Notes: generated by a model not told the origin, from the sequence alone. 64,000 nt of DNA from an uncultured Solirubrobacterales bacterium (GCA_963729065.1 CAVSMS010000003.1:8005-72004); one strand, 5' to 3'. Counted from the first letter of the stretch, positions 41,250 to 51,104 are shown. Made by a program: numbers and translations.

Positions 41250-43658
41250 TCAGAGGCTCGGAGATGCGCTCGACGCGCGCCCGCGCGCGGGCCAGGTCGA
41301 GAGCGTCCTCGGCCGCGGGGGCGCGCTCGAACTCGGCGTCCAGCAGCCGCTCGAGGCGCTCGCGCCAACGCTCGTCGACCAGCCCGAGGTAGGCATGCCG
41401 GTAGCCGGGAGCGGGGACCTCGGCGGCCCGGCCGGCGAGCCGTCCGCGCAGCGCCGCGTACCGTCGCAGCGTCCCCGGCCCCTCGCGGGAGAGCAGCCGG
41501 CGCGGCTCGGTGCGCGCCAGGCGGATGGCGAAGGCCGCGGGCTCCGCATCGCCGCCAGCTCGCGGACGACCGCGCCGTGGAGCTCGCGTCGGGCGCGGCT
41601 CTCGGGCAGGCCGTCGTCGTCGAGGCGCGGCCGCCACTCCCAGAAGCGCTCCAGCAGCTCGCCGACGTCCACGCCCGCCCGCGCCGGGCCGACGCCGGCG
41701 TCCAGCGCGGCCAACGCTGTGGCGAGGCACTGGCGACAGCCGTTGCAGGCGCTCGCGCCGGGCTCGTGGCGCCGGCACGAGTACGCGAGCCGGGCCAGCT
41801 CGGGATAGCGCGACCACAGCAGCCGGCGGATCTGCCATGCGGGCACCGGATAGGTGAGCGAGCCGAGGTCGACCCCCCGCCGGCGCAGGAGCCCGGCGAG
41901 CGCGCCGTGGGCGATCGCCGCACCGGCGAACCGCGGGTGCTGGACCAGACCCCCGTCGCGCTCGGCGGTCGTCTGCAGCTCGGCGGCCGAGCCGAGCAGG
42001 ATCCGGGAGGCGCCGCGCTCCCAGCCGACCGCCAGGGCGGCGGCGAGGTAGAGCATCGGGTCGCTGAGCTCGGAGACGGCGAGCCCGTAGCCGCGGCGGC
42101 GGGCGAAGTCGTTGTCCCAGCACTCGCGCAGGTTCGAGCGCACCTCGACCAGCTCGACCTCGGGGCGCGCGGCGACCGCTTCGAGCGCCGTGCGCCGCCG
42201 GGGCGCCGCGTGATCGAACACGAGCGGCATCGGCGCCGTGGTCGTGACCGCCAGCGGGCGCTCGCCGAGCTCGAGCAGCAGACCGAGGCTCAGCAGGCTG
42301 TCGCGGCCGCCACCGAACGCGAGCGCGACCCGCTCGCCGCCCGGAGGGGGCGCCGGCTCGACGCCGCGGGCCGCCGGTCGCGGATCTCGATCGTTCCGGG
42401 CGAGCTCACGGCCGCCGGCGGCGAGCTCCATCGTCTCGACCGCCGCGTCGAGCAGCCGCAGCCAGAGCTCGCGCTCGCCCGGGGCGAGCTCCACCGGGAG
42501 CTCGACCCGGCAGGGGCGCAGCAACGCCCAGTGGCCGTGCAGGCAGAGCAGAGCGACGAGCCACCAGAGGTCGGCCGGGATCCGGTCGGGTGAGACGGCG
42601 CCGCCGAACCTGAGGTTGAAGCTCTGGCGCGAGTAGAGGTCGGTCGGCGGCTCGACCCGCCACCGGAAGGTGACGTCCTGCGCGCCCGGCTCCGGCGGCT
42701 CCAGGAGGATCCGCCGCACGGCGAGCCCCGGCGGCCTCAGCCGCCCCGCGACGCGGGCGAGCGCCGCAGCGACCGGCCCGGGGGCGTGCGGGGCGACCGC
42801 CTCGCGCAGGCGGCGGTCGCGGATCAGCGCCCGGCGCTCACCGCCGACCTCGAGCCACCCCCGCCGGTTGGAGTTCGCGCGCCAGAGCCGCTCGGTTGCG
42901 CCGGCGCCGAGCTCGAGGTCGCGGTTCTGCCAGCCGGAGTCGGCGGGCTCCCCGGCCTCGTCCGTCCGCCGCCCGTGCTCGACGCGGGCCGCGATCCTCG
43001 ACCGGGCGCGGAGCGGCGCGTGCAGGCAGACGATCTCGGTGCCGGCCTCGATCGGGCCGACCGGGTCGCGGACCTCGTGGTTGCCTGGCAGCAGCCAGGT
43101 CCGCTCGCCCGGGCGCACGACGAGCTTCGACTGCCAGGCGACCTCGACAAGGCTCCATTCGCCGATCGCGACGTGGTAGCGGGCTTCGTCCTGCGGGATC
43201 GTGTGGGCGGGCCGGTGGTCCATGGTCAGCAGGGCGCGCTCGGAGGGCCGGCGGCGGCGACGGCGCTGGACGAAGTTGACGACCTCGATCCGCAGGGCGC
43301 CCGCGTCGGAGGCTCCGAGCACCTGCGGCAGCGGGGCGGGGGCGACAAAGAACTCGTCCGCGTCGATCGGCAGCACCCAGTCGGCACCCTGCCGCCGGGC
43401 CTCGGCGGCGAGCCGGTTGGTGAGCTCGGCCATCTGGAACGGCCCGGGGTCGATGCTGAGCTCCACCGGCAACCTTTGCGCCAGCCGCTCGAGCCGCTCG
43501 CGGGTGCCGTCGGTGGACCCGTTGTCGATCACCAGCACCCGCTCGAGCCCCGCTCCGAGGTGGTGCAGGAGGTTGACCCGGACCAGGTCGGCGACGTCGC
43601 GCACGACCATCAGCCCGAAGACCCTGGGGGCCGCCCCGCCCGCCCCGCCGGGGGTCAC
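41250..43658 (-). CDS. multidomain protein: GT2-like glycosyltransferase + unknown middle + PP-loop/QueC-like ATPase; C-terminus frameshifted near 41550
   Basis: N-terminus: VVRDVADLVRVNLLHHLGAGLERVLVIDNGSTDGT...PIDADEFF (GT2). Residues 470-700: VALAFGGGRDSLLSLG (PP-loop-like) and SCRRHEPGASACNGCRQC. After ...RELAA the protein-like sequence continues in the frame of ORF 40807..42123 (DAEPAAFAIRLARTEPRRLLSREGPGTLRRYAALRGRL...). Confidence 0.6.
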   Translation of the reverse strand: MTPGGAGGAAPRVFGLMVVRDVADLVRVNLLHHLGAGLERVLVIDNGSTDGTRERLERLAQRLPVELSIDPGPFQMAELTNRLAAEARRQGADWVLPIDADEFFVAPAPLPQVLGASDAGALRIEVVNFVQRRRRRRPSERALLTMDHRPAHTIPQDEARYHVAIGEWSLVEVAWQSKLVVRPGERTWLLPGNHEVRDPVGPIEAGTEIVCLHAPLRARSRIAARVEHGRRTDEAGEPADSGWQNRDLELGAGATERLWRANSNRRGWLEVGGERRALIRDRRLREAVAPHAPGPVAAALARVAGRLRPPGLAVRRILLEPPEPGAQDVTFRWRVEPPTDLYSRQSFNLRFGGAVSPDRIPADLWWLVALLCLHGHWALLRPCRVELPVELAPGERELWLRLLDAAVETMELAAGGRELARNDRDPRPAARGVEPAPPPGGERVALAFGGGRDSLLSLGLLLELGERPLAVTTTAPMPLVFDHAAPRRRTALEAVAARPEVELVEVRSNLRECWDNDFARRRGYGLAVSELSDPMLYLAAALAVGWERGASRILLGSAAELQTTAERDGGLVQHPRFAGAAIAHGALAGLLRRRGVDLGSLTYPVPAWQIRRLLWSRYPELARLAYSCRRHEPGASACNGCRQCLATALAALDAGVGPARAGVDVGELLERFWEWRPRLDDDGLPESRARRELHGAVVRELAAMRSPRPSPSAWRAPSRAGCSPARGRGRCDGTRRCADGSPAGPPRSPLPATGMPTSGWSTSVGASASSGCWTPSSSAPPRPRTLSTWPARGRASSASPSL

Positions 43659-43659
43659 C

Positions 43660-44718
43660 TCAGAGCCCGTAGGCCTCGGCCAGCGCCGGGTCCTTCCGCG
43701 CCAGCATCTCGGCGAGCTCGACCATCACCTTGCACTGCTTCCACGTCGCGTCGTCCTGCATCTTGCCGTCGATCATGTGGACGCCGCGGCCGTCGGGGAT
43801 GGCTTCGATCACCTTGCGGGCGAACTTGACCTCGTCGGGGTCGGGGCTGAAGACCTTCTTCGCGATCTCGATCTGCACCGGGTGCAGCGACCAGGCGCCG
43901 ACGCAGCCGAGGAGGAAGGCGGCGCGGAACTGGGCCTCGCATCCCTGGACGTCCTTGATGTCGCCGTAGGGGCCGTAGAAGGGCAGGATCCCGGCCATCG
44001 CGCACGCGTCGACCATGCGGGCGATCGAGTAGTGCCACGGGTCCTGCTGCGCGGTTGCGCGCGGGGCATCGGGGTCGTCTGGATCGGGGTCGTTGATCAC
44101 CAGGTAGCCCGGGTGGCCGCCGCCGACCCGGGTCGTCTTCATTCGCCGCGAGGCGGCCAGGTCGGCGGGGCCGAAGCTCATCCCCTGCATCCGCGGGCTC
44201 GCGGTCGCGATCTCCTCGACGTTGACGACCCCCTGGGCGGTCTCGAGGATGGCGTGGACGCCCAGCGGGCGGTCGAGCCCCGCCTTGGCCTCGAGCTGAG
44301 CGAGCAGGCGGTCGACGTAGTGGATGTCCCAGGCGCCCTCGACCTTCGGGACCATGATGACCTCGAGCTTGTCGCCGATCTCGGTCACCAGGGTGGTCAG
44401 GTCGTCGAGCACCCACGGGCTCTCGAGCGAGTTGACGCGGGTCCAGAGGGCCGTCTCGCCGAAGTCCGTCTCGCGGGCGACGCGAACCAGCCCCTCCCGG
44501 GCCGCCTCCTTGTTGTCGACCGAAATCGCGTCCTCGAGGTTCCCGAGCAGGATGTCCGCCTGCTGGGCCATGTCGGGGACCTTGGCCGCCATCTTCTCGT
44601 TCGAGGCGTCGAAGAAGTGGATCATCCGCGAGGGGCCGAAGGGCACCTCGGAAACCGGATCGGGGGCGCCGATCGCCAGCGGCCGCAGGAAGTCGCGCGG
44701 GTTTCTCACGGCGGGCAA
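43660..44718 (-). CDS. mcl: malyl-CoA / beta-methylmalyl-CoA / citramalyl-CoA lyase-type enzyme (HpcH/CitE superfamily, long Mcl type)
   Basis: 352-aa intact ORF. From memory it is collinear with Chloroflexus-type Mcl. Shared segments: [98 protein letters not shown]. Confidence 0.8.
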   Translation of the reverse strand: MPAVRNPRDFLRPLAIGAPDPVSEVPFGPSRMIHFFDASNEKMAAKVPDMAQQADILLGNLEDAISVDNKEAAREGLVRVARETDFGETALWTRVNSLESPWVLDDLTTLVTEIGDKLEVIMVPKVEGAWDIHYVDRLLAQLEAKAGLDRPLGVHAILETAQGVVNVEEIATASPRMQGMSFGPADLAASRRMKTTRVGGGHPGYLVINDPDPDDPDAPRATAQQDPWHYSIARMVDACAMAGILPFYGPYGDIKDVQGCEAQFRAAFLLGCVGAWSLHPVQIEIAKKVFSPDPDEVKFARKVIEAIPDGRGVHMIDGKMQDDATWKQCKVMVELAEMLARKDPALAEAYGL

Positions 44719-44748
44719 TGTACAGGTGGGACCGAACCGGTCAGATCG

Positions 44749-45662
44749 CTAGCCCTTCCGCTGGAGCCAGAAGCTCGCCGGCACACTCGTGCCCGGCGCG
44801 AAGCCCGGGATCAGCCGGGCGACGCGCTCGGGCTCGCTGCGGGTGACGAGTTGGGAGGAGAAGAGGATCTCGAAGGCGGGGTTGAAGGCGAGAAACGCCT
44901 GCAGCAGGTACTGCTCGGACCAGTACCAGCGCGACCGAAGCGGCCATTTGCGCGGGTACTCCCAGGGGAGGAAGACGTCGTGGAAGTGCACCAGCACGCC
45001 GGGCGCGAGTCGCGGGAGCACCTCGAGGATCAGGTAGTTGACCTCGCTGCCGAGCTTCACCGTGTGGGTCGTGTCGCAGAAGAGCACGTCGCCGGCCTCG
45101 AGCGCCTCGAACTCAGACAGCGGGACCTCGGTGCCGCGGACGGCGTGCAGCTCGGTGTCGAGCGGCTCGATCAGCGGCGACGGATAGGGGTCGATCGTCA
45201 CCAACCGCGCCGGGTGGCCGTCGTCGGCGTTCCGGCGCGCGGCCCGGTCGAGCACCAGGGTGGAGAATCCCGAGCCGACCTCGATCACCAGCCTGCGGTT
45301 TCGAGGAGCGCACGGTGGCGTAGAGCAGGTCCGCGTCGACCGACTCGAACGGACTGGTTGCGGGCGAAGTAGGCGCCCGGGGCCGCTTCGCCGGCGGTCA
45401 GCGGCGGGCTGAACTCGCTGAGGAACGGTTCGAGCCGCTCGAGGTAGGCGAGCTGCTCGGCGGCGACCATCGGCGGCACGGCGACCAGCTCGCTCCTGCG
45501 CTCCCAGGTCTCCTCGTCGATGGTCGCGACATCGGGGATCGGGCTGGCCCAGTCATGCGCCACGAGGTCGTAGCCGAGGTCGGACGCGAGCGTCTCGAAC
45601 GCGCGCCTGCCCCTGTCCGTGGCGAACACCCGTCCCAGCATGGCCCGCAGGCGGCGACGCAC
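44749..45662 (-). pseudogene. class I SAM-dependent methyltransferase (Methyltransf_24-like), 2 frameshifts
   Basis: The N-terminal part is in ORF 45285..45662. A short middle segment (FESVDADLLYATVRSSKP) is in a second frame. The SAM-binding part (VIEVGSGFSTLVL...FCDTTHTVKLGSEVNY) is in ORF 44749..45288. The switches are near 45347 and 45293. Confidence 0.7.
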
Positions 45663-45704
45663 GGCGGCAGTCTAGAGGCCGCCCGGCGCGACTAGGCTGC
45701 CCGG

Positions 45705-46154
45705 ATGGCGATCGAGGTGCGCGCCGCCGAGGCGGGCGAGGAGCAGACGGTGACAGGGCTCTACGAGTGGCTGTTCGCGCCTCCGGGGGCGCGCCCGGCG
45801 GGCTGGGACGAGCGCCGCGCCGCGGTCGCGCTCCGCGACGCGATCGACTCGCACGACGCGTGCGTCCTCCTCGCCGACAGCGAGGGTCGGTTGATCGGCT
45901 TCTGCACCGCCTACCAGGACCTGCACTCGGTCCGGTTCGGGTACCGGGCCTGGGTCGAGGACCTCGCGGTCGACCCGGAGCAGCGCTCGCGGGGGGTCGG
46001 GAAGGCGTTGCTCGATGCCGCCAAGGACTGGGCTCGCGAGCGCGGCGCCACGCACCTCGAGCTCGACTCCGCGGAGGCGCGCGCCGACGCGCACCGCTTC
46101 TACGAGCGCGAGGGCCCCGCCTACAGGTCGATCTGCTTCGGCTGGGAGCTCTGA
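45705..46154 (+). CDS. GNAT-family N-acetyltransferase
   Basis: 149-aa ORF with the acetyl-CoA binding pattern VEDLAVDPEQRSRGVGKALLDAAKDWARERG and a C-terminal HRFYEREG. Confidence 0.85.
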   Translation: MAIEVRAAEAGEEQTVTGLYEWLFAPPGARPAGWDERRAAVALRDAIDSHDACVLLADSEGRLIGFCTAYQDLHSVRFGYRAWVEDLAVDPEQRSRGVGKALLDAAKDWARERGATHLELDSAEARADAHRFYEREGPAYRSICFGWEL

Positions 46155-46158
46155 GGCC

Positions 46159-47262
46159 ATGCCCAGGATCGTGATCTTCGGTGCCACCGGTTACACGGGC
46201 AGGCTCACGGCGGAGGCGCTCGTCGCCCGCGGCGGGCGCCCGCTACTCGCCGGTCGCAGCGCCGGGCGGCTCGAGGCGCTTGCGGCCGACCTCGGCGGCG
46301 AGGTGGAGACCGCCGTCGCCGACGTCGCGAGACCCGAGTCCGTGCGGGCGCTCGTGGAGCCGGGCGACGTGATCGTGGCCACGGTCGGTCCCTTCGCCCG
46401 CCACGGCGACCCCGCGGTCGAGGCGGCGATCGCGGCCGGCGCCCTGTATATCGACTCGACGGGCGAGCCGGCCTTCATCCGCCGCGTGTTCGAGCGCTAC
46501 GGCGCCGATGCTGCGCGTGCGGGGGCCTCGCTGGTGACCGCGTTCGGCTACGACTGGGTCCCGGGCAACCTCGCCGGCGCGCTGGCGCTGCGCGATGCCG
46601 GCGACGAGGCGACGCGGGTCGACATCGGCTACTACACCACCGACGGCGGCCTCGGGGGGATGAGCGGGGGCACTCGGGCCTCGGCCGCCGGGGCGATGCT
46701 CGAGCCCGCGTATCGTCTGGCGGAGCGGGATCCGGACCGAACGCGGGGCGGTGCGGATGCGCAGCTTCGAGGTCGCCGGCAAGTCGCGCCAGGCGATCTC
46801 GGTCGGCTCCTCCGAGCACTTCGCCCTGCCCGCTCTCTATCCCGGCCTGCGGGAGGTCAACGTCTACCTCGGCTGGTTCGGCTCCAGCTCCCGGGCGATG
46901 CAGGCCATGTCGGCCGTCAACGCCGGCCTCCTGCGGATCCCGGGCCTGAAGTCCGGGTTCGACCGCCTCATCGACCGGTTCGTCCCCACCTCGACCGGCG
47001 GCCCCGACGCCGCCGCGCGCGAGCGAGACCGGGTCGGCGATCGCGGCGATCGCGTACGGCCCGGGGGATCGGGAGCTCGCCAGGGTCGAGGTGCGGGGGG
47101 TCAACGGGTACACGTTCACCGGCCGAGGTCCTCGCCTGGGGCGCGGCCTCGGCGCTGGAGCAGGGGATGGAGGGGGTGGGCGCCCTCGGGCCGGCGTCGG
47201 CGTTCGGCCTCGACCGGCTCGAGGCCGGCTGCGCCGAGGCGGGGATCAGCCGGGTCGCCTAG
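46159..47262 (+). pseudogene. saccharopine-dehydrogenase-like NAD(P)-binding protein, 3 frameshifts
   Basis: Start MPRIVIFGATGYTGRL (Rossmann fold). Segments lie in frames 1, 2, 0 and 1: ...AMLEPAY | WRSGIRTERGAVRMRSFEVAGKSRQAISVGSSEHFALP... | ETGSAIAAIAYGPGDRELARVEVRGVNGYTFTG | AEVLAWGAASALEQG... The switches are near 46715, 47025 and 47125. Confidence 0.7.
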
Positions 47263-47902
47263 GCCGGCCCGCCCGTTGGCGGCAGGAGCCGGACGTTGTC
47301 GAGATCGTCGGTGTCGTCGCCGGTCCTGTACTCGGCCCTGATCCGCAGGTCCGTTGTCGCTCCGAGCACGCGCTGGAGGTCACGCTTGGTGGCCGGGGTC
47401 GGACTGCCGGTGATGTCGGTGAACTGGCTGGGCCGCAACCGGACGCGATAGGTGGTCCAGTTCGGGGCGACCGCCGGGTTGACCGCCGTGTCGTGGGAGA
47501 GGGTCAGGCCGTCGCCCTGGATGACCACGTCATCGGCCTCGAACTGAGCGCTCCCGTCCGACTGGCGAAGGGCAAAGGTCAGGAGCCCGCCGTACGCGGC
47601 GCCGTGGTCACCGCGGAACTTCGGGGGCGCGACCCAGTACGAGACTCCGCCGACGACGCTGTCCGTGGAGCTGATGTAGCCGCCCGGGTTGCCGCCGGTC
47701 GCGAAGTACGTGGGCGTCGCCGAGGTGGCGTCACCGGCCACCTGCCAACCCTCGCGGCTGTTGGTGAAGTTGCTGGCAACGAGTGCCGCCGCGCTCGCCG
47801 ACGCAACCGGAAACGCCGCAATGAGGAGAAGTCCCGCAACCGCCAGCGCGACCCCGCGACACGTGCCCCGTACCTGCGGTGGGCAGTGCTGCGATCGTTC
47901 AT
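47259..47902 (-). CDS. secreted protein with laminin-B (domain IV)-like module, frameshift in the signal peptide
   Basis: ATG at 47902 follows GAGGAGGGGACG (MNDRSTAHRR...). The signal peptide and mature part (VALAVAGLLLIAAFPVASASA...YWVAPPKFRGDHGAAYGGLLTFAL) are in the frame of ORF 47259..48095. The switch lies in a G-run near 47868. Confidence 0.6.
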
Positions 47903-48039
47903 CGTCCCCTCCTCGAGTCGTGGATCCGGTCGAGCACCGACTGCTCGGCGCGCTCCGGATCTCGGCCGACCCTAACCGGCCATGTCCGCCGGCGCAACAC
48001 GGGGCTATTCTCCGGGCCGACTCGAACGCGAGAGGAGCC

Positions 48040-49252
48040 ATGGCCGTAGCGACCGCGCAATTCCAGGAGAAGACCGACGAGCAGAAGGCGATCACCGAGA
48101 TGGTGCATCAGTTCGTCGACAACGAGATCCTCCCCGTCGCCGAGGAGTTCGATCACGAGGACAAGTTCCCCGAGGCGATCGTCGAGCAGATGAAGGAGCT
48201 CGGCCTGTTCGGGGTCACGATCCCCGAGGAGTACGGCGGGATGGGCCTGGACCTGACCACCTACGCGATGATCGTCGAGGAGCTCTCGCGCGGCTGGATC
48301 TCGATCTCGGGCGTCGTGAACACCCACTTCATCGGCTCCTACCTGGTGTTGAAGTTCGGCACCGACGAGCAGAAGGAGCACTTCCTGCCGAAGATGGCGA
48401 CCGGCGAGCTCCGCGCCGCGTTCTCGCTCTCCGAGCCCGAGGTCGGCTCCGACGTGCAGGGGATCAAGTCGACCGCCAAGCAGGACGACGACGGCAACTG
48501 GGAGCTCAACGGCCAGAAGATGTGGGTCACCAACGGGCTCGGCTCCGGGGTCGTCTTCGTGCTCGATGAAGAGCGACCCGAAGGCCGACCCGCCCTACAC
48601 GGGGATGACCTGCTTCATCACCGAGAAGGAGCCCTGGGTCGAGAAGAACACGGGCGAGTTCGAGGGCCTCGAGATCCCGCCGAAGATCAAGAAGATGGGC
48701 TACAAGGGCGTCGAGTCGACGGAGCTCGTCTACAACGGCTACCGCTGCCCGCCCGAGCGCATCCTCGGCGGCCCCGACGGGGTCGGCCAGGGCTTCAAGC
48801 AGATGATGGACGCGCTCGAGGTCGGCCGGGTCAACGTCGCCGCCCGCGGCGTCGGCATCGCCCAGCGCGCGCTCGAGCTGGCGCTGCGCTACTCGCAGGA
48901 GCGCAAGACGTTCGGCAAGCCGATCGCCCAGCACCAGGCGATCCAGTTCAAGCTCGCCGAGATGGCGACCAAGGTCGAGGCGGCGAGGCTGCTGACGATG
49001 AAGGCCGCGCGGATGAAGGACGCCGGCGAGCGCTCCGACCTCGAGGCCGGGATGGCGAAGCTGTTCGCCTCGGAGACCGGCAAGGAGGTCGTCGAGGAGT
49101 GCTTCCGCATCCACGGCGGCTACGGCTACTCGAAGGAGTACGAGATCGAGCGTCTCTACCGCGACGCGCCGCTGCTGCTGATCGGCGAGGGCACCTCCGA
49201 GATCCAGAAGATGGTGATCGGCAGGAAGGTGCTCGAGCGCAACAAGATCTGA
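48040..49252 (+). CDS. acyl-CoA dehydrogenase, 1 frameshift near 48565
   Basis: ATG at 48040 follows AGAGGAG. The N-terminal half is in frame 1 (FSLSEPEVGSDV, WVTNG). The C-terminal half is in ORF 48566..49252 (GVGIAQRALELALRYSQERKTFGKPIAQHQAIQFKLAEM, GEGTSEIQ). Confidence 0.85.
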
Positions 49253-49277
49253 GCGTCGCGCCCGCCTCGAACCGGTC

Positions 49278-49643
49278 ATGGCAAGCAGCACTCCAGATCT
49301 GATCAAGCAGGCCGTCGAGGGCCTGCAGGCGGAGGTCCCGGCGCTGGCGAAGCTGAAGCTGGTCTTCAGCCTCGAGCTCCGCGGCCGCGGCGACGTGCAG
49401 ATCTACCGCGTCGAGGTCCCGGGCCCGAAGATCTCCAAGGGCAGCTCCGACGACGAGCGCCTGCGCGTCTCGATCCCCCGCTCGCACTTCAACGAGCTCG
49501 CGGCCGACGGCAAGGCCAAGCACTGGCACGAGGCCTACGAGCACGGGCACGTCCGGGTCGAGGGCGACCCGAACATCCAGAAGCTGATCGGGCAGGTCAT
49601 CGAGCACGCCGAGGCCCGCGGGCGCCTTCGCAGGGCACGCTGA
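49278..49643 (+). CDS. SCP2 (sterol-carrier-like) domain protein
   Basis: 121-aa ORF. The LKLVFSLELRG...VQIYRVEV...RLRVSIPRSHFNELAADGKAKHWHEAYEHGHVRVEGDPNIQKLI pattern matches the SCP2 fold. Confidence 0.7.
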   Translation: MASSTPDLIKQAVEGLQAEVPALAKLKLVFSLELRGRGDVQIYRVEVPGPKISKGSSDDERLRVSIPRSHFNELAADGKAKHWHEAYEHGHVRVEGDPNIQKLIGQVIEHAEARGRLRRAR

Positions 49644-49650
49644 CACCGTC

Positions 49651-50001
49651 GTGGCCTCGACCGAGGAGCTGATCGTCGCCGCCGTGGAGCGGGTTCAGGA
49701 GCAGGCGCCGTCGTTGGCGAAGCTCAAGCTCGTCGTCGCGCTCGAGCTGACGTCCGGCGGCCTCACCGGCCCGGGCAAGACCGACATCTACCGCATCGAG
49801 GTTCCGGGGCCGAAGGTCAGCGCCGGCGACCCCGACGACGCCCGCCTGACGCTGACGATCCCGAAGACGATGTTCGACCTCATCGCGGCCGAGGGCGGGC
49901 TCGCCGACTGGCGCGAGGCGCTTCACTACGGCCATCTCAAGGTCACCGGGGACTCGCGGGTCAAGCGCGTCATCGGGCGGGCGATCGAGCCCTCCCTGTA
50001 G
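49651..50001 (+). CDS. SCP2 domain protein (tandem paralog)
   Basis: GTG start. It aligns by eye with the preceding gene (LAKLKLVVALELT...DIYRIEVPGPKVSAGDPDDARLTLTIPKTMFDLIAAEG..W.EA.HYGHLKVTGDSRVKRVIG). Confidence 0.7.
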   Translation: MASTEELIVAAVERVQEQAPSLAKLKLVVALELTSGGLTGPGKTDIYRIEVPGPKVSAGDPDDARLTLTIPKTMFDLIAAEGGLADWREALHYGHLKVTGDSRVKRVIGRAIEPSL

Positions 50002-51079
50002 GTGGGGCGCGGCGTCGACCCGGCGCGGCTGGCGCGCCTGCGCGGGGCCTCGCAGCGCCTGCACCGCCCGGCGGCCGTCCGCCATCCGGCCGACGTCGCC
50101 CGGCTCGCCGGGCCGGTCCAGGCGCAGGAGCCGCGCGCCGCGAAGCTCGCCTTTCGCGCCCGCGCGCGCGGCCTCGTCGCGGCCGACGTCGACCGGGCGC
50201 GGACCGAGGAGCGCTCGCTGCTGCGCGCCTGGATGATGCGCAGGACCGTCCACCTGATCGCGACCGAGGACGCCGGCTGGCTGCTGCCGCTGTTCTCGGA
50301 GACGATCGTGCGGCTGGCGCGCAAGCGGCTCGCCGACTTCGGACTCGACCGCCGCGGGCAAGACCGCGCCCTGGCGGTCGCTGCACGGCGCGGTCGACGC
50401 CGACGGCGCCCTGACCCGCCCCGAGCTCGCCGAGCGCCTCGAGCGGGAGGGGTTCGACACCGCGAACGAGTTCAAGGTCCACCTGTGGGTGCTGGCGACG
50501 CTCGACGGCGAGCTCTGCCTCGGGCCCGACCGGGGCGGGCAGACGTGCCTCGTGCGCGACCGCCGACTGGATCGGCGAACCGCAGCGCCGGTCGCGCGAG
50601 GACTCGCTCGCCGAGCTCGCGCGCCGCTACCTCCGCGGCTACGCGCCCGCGGACGAGCGCGACCTCGCCCGCTGGGCGGGCCTGCCGCTGCGCGACGCGA
50701 GGCTCGGGTTCGACCGGATCGCGGACGAGCTCACCCCGCCGGCGGGCTGTTCGTGCTCGGCCGGCCGCCGCGGGTCGCGCGGTCGCCGGTGGTGCGAATG
50801 CTGGGCGGGTTCGACAACTACAACCTCGGCTACGTCGACCGCGGCTTCGCGCTCGCCCCGGAGTTCGAGAAGCGCGTGAACCCGGGCGGCGGGATCGTGC
50901 GCCCGTCGATCGTCGTCGACGGCCGCTGCGTCGCCACGTGGTCGTCCAAGCGCAGCGGCGAGCGGCTCGCGGTGACGATCGAGCCCTTCGAGCCGCTGGC
51001 GCCCGAGATCGCCGAGGCGATCGCCGCCGAGGCCGAGGACGTCGGGCGCTTCGAGGCCCTCACCGCGACCATCGCCTGA
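50002..51079 (+). pseudogene. winged-helix DNA glycosylase-like protein (YcaQ / AlkZ family, DUF1006), 3 frameshifts
   Basis: Segments: LRGASQRLHRP...VQAQEPRAAKLAFRAR...RSLLRAWMMRRTVHL (frame 1). Then HGAVDADGALTRPELAERL...HLWVLATLDGELCLGP (frame 2). Then WIGEPQRRSREDSLAELARRYLRGYAPADERDLARWAGLP (frame 0). Then RMLGGFDNYNLGY...GGIVRPSIVVDGRCVATW (frame 2). The switches are near 50380, 50568 and 50745. Confidence 0.7.
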
Positions 51080-51104
51080 GGTCGTCGCTACGATCCCGCG
51101 CCGA

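Noticed and set aside
40807-42123. 438-aa minus-strand ORF as one ordinary protein
   Set aside because: Its first 190 or so codons overlap the better-supported frame of the GT2/PP-loop gene. Only the stretch from about 41550 downward looks coding. The last 134 codons have their own RBS and GTG (the thioesterase). It is treated as a frame-shifted tail plus a separate gene. A true fusion cannot be excluded.
45667-45700. Imperfect inverted repeat GCAGTCTAG-N16-CTAGGCTGC in the methyltransferase/GNAT spacer
   Set aside because: It has one mismatch in 9 bp, is GC-rich and occurs as a single copy. That is too little information to call an operator.
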